Source: Tubulanus polymorphus (taxonomy: Eukaryota; Animalia; Nemertea). Taken from it: DNA of 64,000 nt. Location of the stretch: positions 12,240,850 to 12,304,849 of the forward strand of contig NC_134029.1 of the NCBI RefSeq assembly GCF_964204645.1, given 5' to 3'. Shown here in pieces: positions 50,877-64,000 of this stretch. Made by a program: the position numbers and the translations under genes. The first letter of the stretch is position 1. Every line of letters starts with the position of its first letter. The notes under the pieces are model-generated. The model worked only from the letters and a program-made list of their open reading frames with translations. It ran no database searches and had not been told where the DNA came from.

Positions 50877-52520
50877 CAGTGCTTCGACTAGCCAAAAATG
50901 GAGGGGCGGTCCGCCCCGCCCCCGAAAATAGCCGCCCTTGTGTCCATCAGATGTGTCCCATGCTCGCCCTTGTGCCCTCATCACTTGCCGTAGGTCCGCC
51001 CTCGAGTCACGAGTAATGAGTCAGGGCTTTCAAAATAAGCTTTCACACCCGACTGTTAGTAAGAATCGTGCGACGGCTATGAAATATCTCGTATGATATC
51101 AACGATAGTAGCTCATGTGATCAGTGGTTATATTTAAATGTACTGCAGTCAGTGTGCATCGTGTGAAAACGTGCCTCAGACGCGTGGCCTAGCTTTAGTT
51201 CCAAGAAATTGGCTGCCTTCCAAACTACTGCCAATCATTCTAGCGACTGCCTTTGTAAAGTTCACGCAGTCCTGAGAATGGCCGGTTCACGGAGCTCCGT
51301 ATACTGCCTATACTAAAGAGCTCGCGTGAACCACCCACCCAGTCACGTAGTCGTTATTTTACGTCGAAATTGCCGACTGGCGCTCAGTCGGCACTTTAAC
51401 CACTCAGTACTCGGCAACTACTCATCCGATTTCAATAAATAAACTACCTACACTGACCTTATGTTGTTATCTTTTCATTGTTTACACTCCAAAGAAGATA
51501 TATTTGAAGTTCAAGTGGCTGGTAATTACCTCTAGAAATATTTTAGTACCGCTTTTGTTTTACTAAAAAACGGTTCCTCGCGAGACTCACCCGCATGAAA
51601 AAATCAATATCTTATCAACACAACAATAGATACCGCTCTGCGCGACTCGTGGATATTTGACAAGTCATGAAAAATCATTTCATACAAAATACGATGACAA
51701 AATGACTAAATAAACAGAACAGTAAGAACAAGAAAGATCAGAGGTTTGCAATGATCGTTTATTTTTTGAAATCGGTTGAATGAGAGCTGAGTAGTGATGA
51801 TATAATTAGAGTTGAATCAAAAAGAATTTAAAATCACCGCGTATATGGCTTCCGCGACTTGGTGTCAGGGGTCGCATTAGCGATATACCACTGACACTAA
51901 GGTTCTCAGTGAATTGTAAAGCTGGTAGTGTATATTCGATGGATTGTTTCGTTTTGAACACATCGTGATGCTCTGGATCTTTTTATCTAGACTATTAGAC
52001 AAATTTTATATACACAAGGTGAAAAACTTTTTTCGGTGAACTCACAGAGAGACTTGCAGAGACAATTAGTTTGAGTGGCCTAATAGCAATAATGTGTTCT
52101 TAAGCTGGCTGCCTACCAATTATCAACAGTCACTCGCCAATCACTAACACTATCAATTTAAATCAATTAATTTGATATTTCTAAGATTAAAAATATGCAA
52201 TTTCATGTAGGCCTATACACTATTGCTGGCTTTTTTCGCTGTATCATTTGCTTTTTGACATTGCTTTTTTCTACCATTTTTTGTCTGCAACTGGTTTTCC
52301 AAATAATTTTTAAAGCCCTATCTGATTATTTTTGTTCATTGACAGGCATAGGTGTAAGGATGTACTGTGGTCAAGTGTGTCACTCATGGCAAGAGTGAAA
52401 CATAGTTTCTAGTCCTCAATTGTAGTAGGGGGTACCTTGGTTCTATGCAATAGGGAACATTGCAGGTTGCCCCTAAAACGGACGTGTGTGCGTTATTATG
52501 TGCCCTTGCTCCAATGAAAT
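50877..52520 (+). mobile_element. hAT-like non-autonomous fragment inserted in BEL RT
   Basis: Abrupt end of RT coding; CAGTGCTTCGACTAGCC start with GCCC/GTGCCC subterminal motifs. Right terminus not found. Confidence 0.45.
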
Positions 52521-52539
52521 CACGCGTAAAAATGTCACG

Positions 52540-53535
52540 CGAGTGTCATCTCTGCGTTAAAAATGAAACAGTACATTGAATAGTGTGTGCTTTTAAGTTA
52601 CCAGCTTTGATATAGTCACTATGAGAAAGAATGGTAGCTTATTGGAAAACTGCCAGTTTCCTGGAAAACTTAAATAAGGCCACATGTCAAGGCATTTCAC
52701 ACGATGCACACTTGAATTCAAACATACGTAGCTCATACATCGGTAGTGCGTCGGTCGGTCGGCTGTTTTTATCAAAAATAAAATTTATTTCAATGAATCC
52801 TAGAAAAAAGTTTTCACTCGGTACCTTTGAAGTCGGGTCGGTCAGCTTAATATTTTCAGGTCACAAGAAATAACAATTTATTACACAATTTATCACAGCG
52901 CTCATCTTCTGCTACGGTTATCAGTTCAGCCTATTTTCATGTCGAACGTGCACGCGTTACAGCATCACCTGTAGTAGTGTACTGTACGAGCTTGTGTGTG
53001 TGTCGTGCAGCACTCCGCGCGCACGTGGAGGCCTCGTGTAAGTGAATGTTCGCTTACACTTCAATGTCAATCAAAACAATCATCGGGTATTAAAATGAAA
53101 CAATACCTATGGCGGATGTGTGAAATAATTACATCCTCACCAGCAATGAGCATTTGAAATTCGCACGTATATGGCACCTAGTCCAATGAAACGTACGCCA
53201 TTCTATGGCTTTCCCATAATTATTTTAGTAGCGCCGGAATTCCCAATATATCCCAAAAACAGCCAATCCCATTCGCTCGTAGAGACGAGGCCTCCCAATC
53301 GAGGTCATTACAATCTTATACGCGAGAGCTAAGAATTTTCCCGCCAAAAACAGTTTTTCGTAGAATTTTAACTCAGTTGACCATGTCATCGACGGAGGTT
53401 TGCCATGTCTTCAATCGCATTGATTATATGTCGTTTAAGCCGAGAACCAATGAAACAAATGATCACATAAAAAAACGTACCGCGATTTTACATGAATTGG
53501 CTCAATGCCAACATCATATCGCTGACAAAGGTAAA
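52540..53535 (+). repeat. Partial duplicate of 56010-57238
   Basis: Long near-identical blocks, with an internal deletion at ~52844. Confidence 0.85.
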
Positions 53536-55788
53536 ACAAAAAGTAACTATTCCACGTTTGGAACTCAATTCAGCTGCTATGAGCGTCAAGATGCATGTCG
53601 TACTCCAGAGGGAACTGGATCTGAAGTTCATTGAAAGCTTCTTTTGGAGTGATAGTGCGTCGGTATTAAAATATATTAGAAATGAAAGCAGTCGATTCAA
53701 AACGTTTGTCGCAAATCGAATATCACTTATCCGAGAGGTGACATCTCCTGAACAATGGAGATTTGTTAATTCGTGTATGAACTCTGCTGATAAAGCATCA
53801 AGAGGAAAGAAATTAGACGATCCTAATCCTGAGTTGTGGTTTCAGGGCCCTCATTTCCTGCATAAACCGGAGTCAGAGTGGCCAGTGGACCTAAGTTCGC
53901 AAACAAATATATATGGCGATGATAGTGAATTAAAGGTGACGTGTGCTCTGCTTTCGCTGATGACACGCCAGAAAATGCTCTTGGAAAACATTAAGACGTT
54001 TTGTCACTCATTTCATTCGAGTAAAGGATTTCCTTTGCTGGAAAGCCACCGAACGAAAACGATATTGGTCTTTCTATCGATACACCAGTAGAACCTGAAC
54101 GTCGTTCTGAAGTAGAAAAGATCCTGAAACGTTCTCAAGAAGGGAAAAACTTCGTAACCTTGAATTTAGAATCTCTGAAAAAAGCTGAGTGTATACTACT
54201 TCAAGGCGAGCAACAGCACTACTAGAGCTAAGAGTACAATCGTCTGGCTAGCGGCAAAACCGTTAAAAGGTCGAGCCCACTCTATTAGTTGGATCCGTTC
54301 GTTGAAAATGGTCTGACACGGGTTGGAGGCAGATTGGAAAATGCACAAATACCTTATGACGAGAAACATCCTATTGTAGTTCCAAAGTTGTCAACTCTGG
54401 CAAAGAAATTAATTCGACACACTCATGTGCATACTGTCGGATATCTGGGAAAGAATGCAGTCCTATCGCATTTACGGCAGAACTATTGGGTCATAGGAGC
54501 CAACCGTATTCTAAGAAAACTAATGTCATCGTGCGTTAATTGTATCAAATATAAAGGAAGATGTAATGAGCAAAAAATGGCAAATCTACCACCTGAAAGA
54601 TTAGCTGTAGACCCACCCTTCATGCATACAGGTGTTGATTACTTTGGACCGTTTTAAGTAAAAAGGGGTCGCACAAAAGTAAAACGATATGGAGTACTTT
54701 TTACTTGCTTATCTTCCAGAGCTACACATTTGGAAGTTGCTGCATCACTAGATATGAATTCCTGTATCAACTGTATTCGTAGATTTAGAGCACGACGTGG
54801 TAGCATAAAGTCTTTGCACTCGGATAACGGTACCAATCTTGTGAGTTCGGAGAAAGATTTTCGTTTAGAAATAGACAGATGGAATCAGTCAGTATTAAAA
54901 GAAAAATTAGCCCAAATCAACATAGAGTGGCACTTCAATCCACCCAGTGCTTCCCATTTTGGTGGAGTTTGGGAAAGGTTAATCCGTTCGGTGAGAAGAT
55001 TGATGTTTTCACTTTTAAAAGAGCGAGTATATTGCTTCGATGATGAGGGAATCAGCGCGTTTTTCTGCGAGATCGAATGTATTTTGAATTCCTGACCGAT
55101 AACGAAAGTCTCAGATGACCCGAATGAATTGACACCCTTGTCACCATATGATATCCTTGTTTTACGGCCCATGACTTCGTTTCCGCCAGGTGTTTTCATT
55201 GAATCGGATAATTATGCTAGAAAAAGTTGGAAACAAGTTCAATTTATTTACTCATTGTAGACAGCAAAATTAGAGGTTCTTGGTCATTGGGAAAAATAAT
55301 TAACGTGATCAGTGACAAAAATGGTCAAGCCCGAATCTGCTATGTTCAGACGAGAAATAATGTACTTCGTCGTCCGTTAACCTGTGTTTAATTATTAGGT
55401 TAGGGTTTATCTTTTTATTTAGTTCACTATTCACTGTATATACATGGATTTAGATTTTCATGAATAGTAGATTTAACATGTCCTGATCAGTATACTACGC
55501 TTAATCGATCGCTGTAAAAGCAGCTTATATACGAATACAGAATTTCAATATAAAGGGTTTTGGGTATTTTTCACAGACACTTGCCATGTGAGTGCTGTCC
55601 TGTTCAGATCTCCTGATCTTTAGCTATCTACACTAAAATTTATATGATATCCATAAACTCGGTGAGTCTTAATCTGTACTGTTTTTCGTTTTTTGATTAT
55701 ACGTAGGGTACAGGTAGGCGTGGCAGGGAAATTATTTCATATTTTCCAAAAAAATACGTTTCACAATATGAAAAAAATATTCAAATAA

Positions 55789-56358
55789 GGCCATCCCAAA
55801 ATAATTGTCTGTTTGCCGTAACACCGACTCAACTTTTCAGGATGAGTCGGTAAGTAGGAAAAAATTTTTTTTGCTAAATTTTTGGGCAAAAAAAACAAAT
55901 TCATCAGCCTTTAACTTGGAAACAATATCGCAAAAATCATCTTCGCTGTGCACGGGAAATTTGTCTAATAACGTTCAAGAATTATTCTAAAATTATAAAA
56001 ACTTCGTCCAGAGCGTCATCTCTGTGTTAAAAATGAAACCGTACATTGAATATGTGCACGGTTTTACGTTACCAGCTTTGATATAGTCACTATGAGAATG
56101 AATGGCAGCTTATTGGAACACTGCCAGTTTCCTGGAAAACTTAAATTAGGCCACATTGACAAGGCATGTTTTCACACGATGCACACTTGAATTCAAACAT
56201 ATATAATACGTAGCTCATACGTAGGCAGTGGGTCGGTCGGCCGTTTTTATAAAAAATAAAATTTATTTCAATGAATCGCAGAAAAAAAGTTTTCACTCGG
56301 TACCGTTAAAGTCGGGTCGGTCGGGTTACGGCAAACAGACCATTAATATGGGATGGCC
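55789..56358. mobile_element. PIF/Harbinger-like MITE
   Basis: TAA|GGCCATCCCA..ATAATTGTCTGTTTGCCGTAAC...GTTACGGCAAACAGACCATTAATATGGGATGGCC|TAA. Confidence 0.85.
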
Positions 56359-57719
56359 TAAAATTCATATGATGTAACATATCAGAGGGTGGCTGAATAT
56401 TGGGTCATGGAAACCTCTTCCAATTTTGGCCGCGGAAGTTAAAATACCGGTACAGAAGAAATTGGTTATTAGATCGTTTTAAATCCTGGAATGTACAACT
56501 ACAATATTCAGACCTCAACCTATACTTTTAGTTTGCTGCTTAATATTTTCAGGTCCCAAAAAATTAAAATTTATTACAGATTCTATCAAACAGAAAACAC
56601 AGCGCTCATCTTCTGCTACGATTATTCAGCCTATTTTCATGTCAAACGCGCACGCGTTACAGCATCACCTTGAGTAGTGTACTGTACGAGCTTGTGTGTG
56701 TGTCGTGTTGCACTCTGCGCGCACAGGTGGAGGCCTCGTGTAAGTGAATGTTCGCTTACACTTCAATGTCAATCAAAACAATCACCGGGTATTAAAATGA
56801 AACAATACCTATGGCGGATGTGTGAAATAATTACATCCTCACCAGCAATGAGCATTTAAGATTCGCACGTATACGGCACCTAGTCCAATGAAACGAACGC
56901 CATTCCATGGCTTTCCCATAATTATCTTAGTAGCGCCGGAATTCCCGTATATCCCAAAAACAGCCAATCCCATTCGCTCGTAGAGACGACGCCCCCCAAT
57001 CGAGGTCATTGCAATTTCATACGCGAGAGCTAAGAATTTTCCCGCCAAAAACAGTTTTCGTAGAAGTTTAACTCAGTTGACCATATACATCGACGGAGCT
57101 TCGCCATGTCTTCAATCGCATCGATTATACGTCGTTTAAGCCGAGAACCAATGAAACAAATGCTCACATAAAAAACGTACCGCGATTTTACATGAATTGG
57201 CTCAATGCCAACCTCATATCGCTGACAAAGGTAAACCAAAAAGGAAAGTAAGTGTTTTATTGTGAAATGAAATCATGTCAATAAAGAATGAATTGAATGG
57301 TCATCAGCGCTATGCCACTCATGAATACCAATTTCAAGACTGATCATGCACACTCAGCCAAGGTTGGTGTGCGCTGATGAAATAACAAAACCGATTAAAT
57401 AAAATCATAAAACGAAGAAAACGACAACTGATATAGCCAATATACGAAAGGAACCTAGATTTTATTACTGCATTAAATGTGTGTAAATATCAGAGCCCAA
57501 GAAAGTTTCTAATGAGAGTTATCGACTCCCAAAGCAAGTTATTAATCACGGTGATAGCAAGATGGACTTGAAAACGTTTCAACGTCTTTGTTGTCCAGCC
57601 ATTCGCACCAAAAGTCTGCTCTGGATGAGACTGAAAAATTAGAGACCAGGTGTACGGAAAATAGGTCCAATGAACTTGTGCTTGTATCATTTGAAATCTA
57701 TAGAGCCTATTCTAGGGGA

Positions 57720-58319
57720 GAATTGATATTGTTGAAATCAATTGATGTAGAATTTTGCGAAGGATGGCTCTGATGAAATCATTGATTCTTATCTATACAA
57801 ACTAACCTCTACCCATGATTATTTATTGCCCATTCCATCATGTACAATGGTTGCTGTTTCAGCAAATAATTGTCAGATGTGTCTGACAAATCTCAGATCT
57901 AACCAACATAACTGTGGTTCCAGGGAATTGTTCTGGTAGTCATTGGACTCCCTTGTTTTTTTTAATAGAAAAACATTCAGTTCTTCATAGACCCAGCTAA
58001 AAATGATGTCGATATTGATAATAGTAGATCAGCCCATGTGGAATTCTCCACCTTGATAAATGAACTTGTCTCTAAGTACATCTTGCAAAAGGAAGATGTG
58101 TCTATGCTTATTCTGAGCTCCCCATATCACACAATGATGAGTAAAACGGACAATTCGAATTGTGGCACTTTCACTTGTTGGTATGCTAGTTGCTTTGCAT
58201 TGGGTGTTCTGATCAGTCGGAAAGTTGATGCATTTAAATTTCGCAAAGATATCCACAAGACAATTGTTGGATCTTGTCAGAATCGTTTATTTTATTATGA
58301 AACTTATAGAAAAATGTGA
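57720..58319 (+). pseudogene. Ulp1/C48 (SUMO-protease-like) domain remnant, probably transposon cargo
   Basis: Ordered motifs across frameshifts: GWL/DEIIDSYL (~57765-57795), SHW (57941), FIDP (57990), NSNCGTFTCWYA (58161), FRKDI. Confidence 0.65.
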
Positions 58320-59159
58320 TGTGAGGTTTGTCATGAAAGAATTGATTGCGAGAAAAACTCTTTGAAATGCTGTGAATATTGTTGAACATTTCATATAACA
58401 TGTCTTCAGAGTCCATCTCTCTACCCATTATATACAAAGCCACATTTAAAAAAAATTTATTCACAGTTATTCATATAAAATCGTTTCAAACTCTCACAGA
58501 TTGTCAATCACAAAAGAATAACTCAGAAGGACCCAGTTTCACAAAAAAGTTTAATTCGTGTGGTTAAACTGGGTTCCGTTCTTAGTTGTTCCTTCACACT
58601 GATTAATTTTGTGATTTTCGTATTCAATATTTGAATGAATTCGTGTTGTGAAACTGGGTTCCGTTCTTAGTTGTTCCTTCACACTGATTAATTTGTGATT
58701 TTCGTATTCAATATTTTAAGTTGTTATGCGGTAGGTTTTTTAATCTGGTTATTATCTCTTCTGCATGTCTGAGTAGGTCTATCAACTTCAAAAGCAAAAA
58801 TATTTTATAGTTGGTAGTTGAAATTTGACTTTATTTTATAGTTAATAAACAAAAATCATAAATTACCACATCAATTTCTATGGGTTCAAGAAATTGGAAT
58901 ATTTTACAAGATTGTTACAATGCTATATTATGCCCGCATTAATCTAAATCATGGCTTCTAATCCATGAAAGTTAGATTTTCCAGTGTTTAAATCCCTACT
59001 TGGCAACCTGTGTGTGATGATTTAATAATAAAACATTTCAAATATCAAATTTATTCTAGCTTATAGCTTTTTGTGAGATGACTCCTATAACAGTGATAAT
59101 AACATTTATCAGATCTAAAGACCTGTTGATATTTTCCTTAAAAAAAGAAGTTTCTCTAT

Positions 59160-59545
59160 CCACAAATGAGGAGAGATGGCTGCCAATTGCGTCACGCCGA
59201 ACTGATCAAAGAATCTGTCTGCTATGTTTAAGAGCCTTTCTCATTCAATGAAAAATGGCAACCCACTCGGAAGATATAGGTCTCAGAATTCAGGAAAAAA
59301 AGACCTCGAGCACAAAAGAGATCAACCCAATTTGCCCCATTGGGGGATAAAAGCATATGTGAAAGATCATGATCATTGATTAAAGTATTTTAAATTTTCC
59401 CATGAAAAGTTCACAAATGTGTAATAAGTGCAGATTTTGGCGAACAACTTAGGCTGCCAGTTGGCTATCTTGATTTTGATCAGGCCAGTTACTAGGCAGA
59501 AGATGTATCTAGGGTAGATCTATCAACCAAAGATCAAGACAATAA
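59160..59545 (+). mobile_element. Old diverged HINE family A fragment
   Basis: GATGGCTGCCAATTGCGTCA, GATTTTGGCGAACAAC and AGATGTATCTAGGGTAGAT blocks shared with the other copies. Confidence 0.6.
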
Positions 59546-60314
59546 GTGACCACATAGCCTGTAATTTGTGCATTACAGGCACGCACCTCAGTTGACCCTT
59601 ACTATCAACCTAACTTTGCACTGTGCAGTGTTACACTGGCGGATATTGACTTAAAAGTTGATTGATCGTTCACTACGGCATATAGTAGTGCGCTCTGGTT
59701 ACTTGTTTTTAGGATTAAGGTATAGATGATAATCTACACCTAAATTTCAACAATTGTGGACATTACAAAAATGTATAGATGGCACCACTTACCATGATTA
59801 TCAAAGAAATATAGTATGTGTAAGTGCTTAGAAACTAAGCACAATAGACTGTTTTCATTTTCCAACCAATATGAGAGGGAATGACAGGGAAGCCTCAAAA
59901 GGAGACAAATAATATTAGGGACTACAATAATTTTCATTTCATCAGGTCAGAAAATCGCTAATGACGCCCGCTGCACACTGCATCGAAAAAACATTTTTTC
60001 CTCATGAAAAAATGTTTTCGATGTTTTTTGTTATGCCGTGTGCCAGGGAGTCAAAATACAAAACGCTGAACAGAAAAACGTCTTTCGTCAGAAAAAAGTT
60101 TATCACAAAACAAACACTGCTTGATTTGCGAAAATGTTTAGTGAAGTCGAAAACGTTTTTCGTCCCGTGTCCATTGAATGTTTTATCGTTTGCAGGCAAA
60201 ACGTTTTTCAAAAAACTGGCAAAACAAATTCATGCCGTGGGATTCTGGGGAAAACAAGACCAGGTACTCGAGTGCAGAGTACGATGCAATACAATTTGAT
60301 CATAATCACATTAC

Positions 60315-60399
60315 CATTTTTATAGCTGTCCGACCGATATATTTCACGTAATTCCTTCATCAAGCGGTCAGTAGCAAGAACAGAACCTGACAGCGTACC
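60315..60399 (-). CDS. UBE2Q: UBE2Q coding exon (start of UBC domain)
   Basis: AG|[28 protein letters not shown](G)|GT, 85 nt. Confidence 0.96.
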
Positions 60400-61795
60400 C
60401 TAAAAGAGAAAAATTATTCTACCATCATTGATACCACAAACTTGAAATAAGGACCATTTGTGGGTAATCTGTATGTTAATCCCGATAGCATAATTCATTA
60501 TGACTGGGTTTAGAAAGCATATCACAGCAATTTGAGTTATTTTCGGTGCACAGCCTTTAGTGCACTCGTGTCTCGTAGCATCAGTATCTCGAAACGGGAA
60601 AACACTTGGGAAAAAGAGAGTGGTGTTTACCATTCGTAATCAAATAACTTGCTTTTCGTTATAGTTTTAGAATAGGAAGAGGTTATACAAAGGATACAAG
60701 GTCATTGGATGATGCAGCTTACGCAATTCACCCAGTGCTTATTCAAATGTTTGTTTGCATTACCGAATCCCTATTTAGATCATTTCCGTGCAGCACGAAG
60801 TAACAGTTAACCCATAAGCACTCAGGAATTTCATTATGTAGTGTCAATTACTCCTCAAAAAATTCAAGGGAAAATAGCTCATAGGCTGTTTATTTCAATG
60901 CATTACAAGTTGTTTTATTTTGTAGTAAATAGTCACGGCTTTCATATGATGTATGATTTGATGAGGTGGGCCACCAAAATGGTGTCCTTTTGGCTCCCCG
61001 AAATTCATCCAAACTTACTTGGATTTGAAGTGAGCTCTCAGATCTGTCATGTTCATACTCGAAATACTCAAGAAATTGAAATAGGAGGATGTTGATTTAT
61101 GTTCGCTATTTCGCGGAAATAGGTGTCTAGTTTATCATAAGCTATTGGGTTCGAATCCAACTATAATCGTTTTGTGCAGCATACGAAAAAAATGCCTGGG
61201 CAGATTCGGATGGCTTGAGGAGTAATAGGCAGGGTGGATACGGGTGGCATAAGTGCTAATGGGTTGTCAGGTCTAGCACATCAAAATGAATCAAGGGTAC
61301 CGACTTCAAAGCTAATTTTCGATAAACGAGAATGCGACGTGATCAACACGTGAACAATGCGCAGATTACATTAAGTTAATTTTAAGATGTACCATATAAC
61401 ACACAAAAATATCCGGTTTCACATAAAAAAGGTGCCACAAACAACTGGCTTTAGAGGGGTTATTCCTAATCATATAAAATCCCAGAATGATAGGATTAGG
61501 CACTTTTCAGGCATTTAGGAAAACATGATGATATAATATCGTACAAAAAATCACCTTCATTCATTAATCGGGTTTAAATCTGGAGACACGTGAAGTTAGA
61601 TTTTGACACAAATGCCAACCATACGGAGCATCATACATCATCAGGATGATGATTGTATTACGAAAATTCTAATATGTGATTGAGGGGAGCAAACTGGAAT
61701 AAGAGCTATGGCTGGTAACAGAGGATCAGATCACAAACAAGAAACAAAATTCTTAATATGGACTTTCCTAAATTTACATGATGGTGCATGTTTAA

Positions 61796-62461
61796 TCCAG
61801 GAAGAAAGACACTCTAAATATTTGGATGGATATATGAAAGCTGTGGGTACTGGAGTGTGTAATGGGTAGTGTAGTGTGATCTGTGTGCATTTGTGGCCAG
61901 CACACAGATTACATTGTTCATTGGGGTTTGGTCCAGGACTCGCGAGATTTTCAACAACACGGAAGTAACGTGTAATAAATGATGACTTTAATTGCATGAC
62001 TACCTACCACCCCTCATTATTGTTGGAAAACTAAACGTTCGGCACTGACTAAAAATTAGTAATAACATTTTAGAAATGGCCAGAATTTTAACTTAGGTTC
62101 TATCTCATTTTTATTTTACAATTGCGATTGGTATAATTTTTTTTTAAACGGTCGTTAAGGCTTCATGTTTCGTCTGCAATCCACTGCAAATAGTTACGCA
62201 ACTACGCACATTTCAGTGTTTTTGGCAGCTGTACACTCAATCGGCACCGTTCGTGACTAGCTTCACTGCGGAATTATCATTAATTAACATCGCCATATCA
62301 CATCATCAACTTATATTGTGCCTTAAAACCCTAACAGCCGAAATAATTGAAATGCACACACGATTTCTATCATTGAAAATTGAGAGAGTGGCCATGTTTG
62401 TGTTTGCTGCTTCGCGTAAATCCCGCACGGTGGCGCACCCGCGCGGAGTGGGGCCGATACG
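61796..62461 (+). mobile_element. Helitron-like non-autonomous element, copy 2
   Basis: Near-identical to 47080-47721, with the same junction pattern. Confidence 0.65.
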
Positions 62462-63279
62462 TCCAGTATCAAAATTAAGCTTCAGCAAATATACTCTAAT
62501 AATTTAAGCATTTATAATTCATTATAGACCTATTCCTTATTTTCAAGATTTAGAATATGCGCGCTTGCCATAAATGTTCACCACTGTGGCTCGCAGTTCA
62601 GGGTTCATTGGCGCGCAGTTCAGGGTTGATTGTGCTACTGCAGACCCAAATACACTACCATTCATTGCCCATGTTATGACAAATTCACTACCAACTGCAG
62701 CAACTTTCTAAGAAATGAATTATTTTTCAAGCTAGACCATATGCAACATTTATGCCATTTTGATTACTTGGGAGTACAGATTTTACAGAAGAATTCGCTT
62801 TGAATTAAAATAACTTTCTGGGGCCGGTTTTATAGACTGGGTACTAAGATATCCCCAGGGAACATCTGCTAAGATCCGACCTAATCCGAATTCCAAAAGC
62901 TCTACAGTTCACCGCGAAGTTGTGTCCGGAGCACTCCCCAGACTCTCGGCATTAGTGCTGAATATCGCGCGCGAGGAGTTAGACTAGATCAGCGCGCATG
63001 CGCTGTACAATCATTAGCACCTTTTTTGTTCGAAGCCTCAAGAAATGCAATGATTAGCGGCGCATCACCTAACACTGCCTGGATAGTTTTGAAGATTAGT
63101 CGACTTAGACAGGTCATCTGTATTGTTTAAACACCACAGCCAAGACAAGATCTGCGTGATACGCTAAGAAGTTAAATGGTGTTTGATAGCGAGCTGCTTA
63201 TTATGATAAGCGGTACGTTAATGCAGGAAAATTAAGGAAAAGGGAAAATTTTTTTATGATTTTAATAAGAGTAGATTAC

Positions 63280-63376
63280 CTGTAAACAATCTTTGCGTTG
63301 GTTTTGTTTCAACCTTTGTAAAGTCAACAGGTTTTGACTATCTATTCCTTCAAATTCTTCTTTAGACTTCTGTTCA
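63280..63376 (-). CDS. UBE2Q: UBE2Q coding exon (linker before UBC domain)
   Basis: AG|EQKSKEEFEGIDSQNLLTLQRLKQNQRKDCLQ|GT, resembling the ENLAILEKIKKNQRQDYL segment of vertebrate UBE2Q. The acceptor position is slightly uncertain. Confidence 0.88.
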
Positions 63377-64000
63377 CTATTAAAAAATAATATTATCAAT
63401 TAATGAATTGTTGAATAAAGGGGTTTCAATGACACTTGGTGAAATGCTTGAAAATCTTGATATTTCTAATATTCAATGCTCCTGGCCTTCAAAAGATTAG
63501 ATACATATCCTACTCCTCTAAATACTAGCTAAATACCAGGGATTATAACGGAGTAGTGTGAAAAATCTTAGGTACATATAGTGATACCAGTTAGGTTCGA
63601 ATCTGTAGTTTCATGTTTTGGATATACTTAAAGCGGTTATTCCCCAAAGTGCGTGGATTGAAAATGGAGTAGTTTGAAAACCGAAATCTATAAAACTATT
63701 TGGCAAACTGCTGGCATAGCCAGCATTTGCGAGCGCCGAAGGTGCGAAGCCCCTTACGGGGGGTTTGGGGGCCATCCCAAAAGTAAATTTGAAATTTCGA
63801 GGGGTTTTTGGCGCATCTGAGGCCCATTTTCCAGCATTGACTAATGACAAAATAAGACTGCTGCCACACGCGGTCGATCATTTGTTGTTTATGTCTGGAG
63901 TCAATGAAAAGGATGGCTCCGACAATATCCAAATCTTAGATACATATAGTGATATCAGTTAAGATTCGAATCTGTAGTTTCATGTTTTGGATATAATTGA

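Larger units (their letters stand above)
46999..55380 (+). mobile_element. BEL/Pao LTR retrotransposon 2, degenerate, no LTR pair visible
   Basis: Gag (TEKG, LKERYGDP, Cys-His knuckles), protease (AFMDTGS), RT N-half (GPDL, DVEKMF, HLFGAVSSP), RNase H end (TIPRLEL, WSDS) and integrase (DYFGPF, SDNGTN, ASHFGGVWERLIRS). Confidence 0.92.

Noticed and set aside
47080-62461. The two 640-bp direct repeats as LTRs of BEL element 2
   Set aside because: No TG...CA ends, PPT or TSD; copy 1 interrupts gag, and a UBE2Q exon lies between the copies.

Overview
AT-rich, repeat-dense animal (invertebrate-type) nuclear DNA, not prokaryotic. It has three layers. (1) Positions 1-~8195 are a decaying endogenous Polinton/Maverick (adintovirus-like) element. 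It carries an A32/FtsK packaging ATPase, an orphan integrase-type chromodomain, membrane/coiled-coil genes, a zinc-finger gene and a major-capsid-like gene. That capsid gene becomes one stop-free 415-codon ORF once a TTAA-flanked piggyBac-like insert (4530-5352) is removed. (2) A spliced host gene missed by the ORF track: ubiquitin-conjugating enzyme E2 Q (UBE2Q) on the minus strand, with 7 coding exons between 63376 and 14499 and its 5' end outside the window. (3) Nested transposon debris filling the UBE2Q introns: two BEL/Pao LTR retrotransposons, LINE remnants, Helentron-associated (HINE-like) elements, hAT/Harbinger/Kolobok/piggyBac/Tc1-like MITEs, a palindromic 30-bp minisatellite and a decayed Ulp1-like protease. 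All family assignments come from manual motif recognition; no searches were run. Most short ORFs in the track are spurious.
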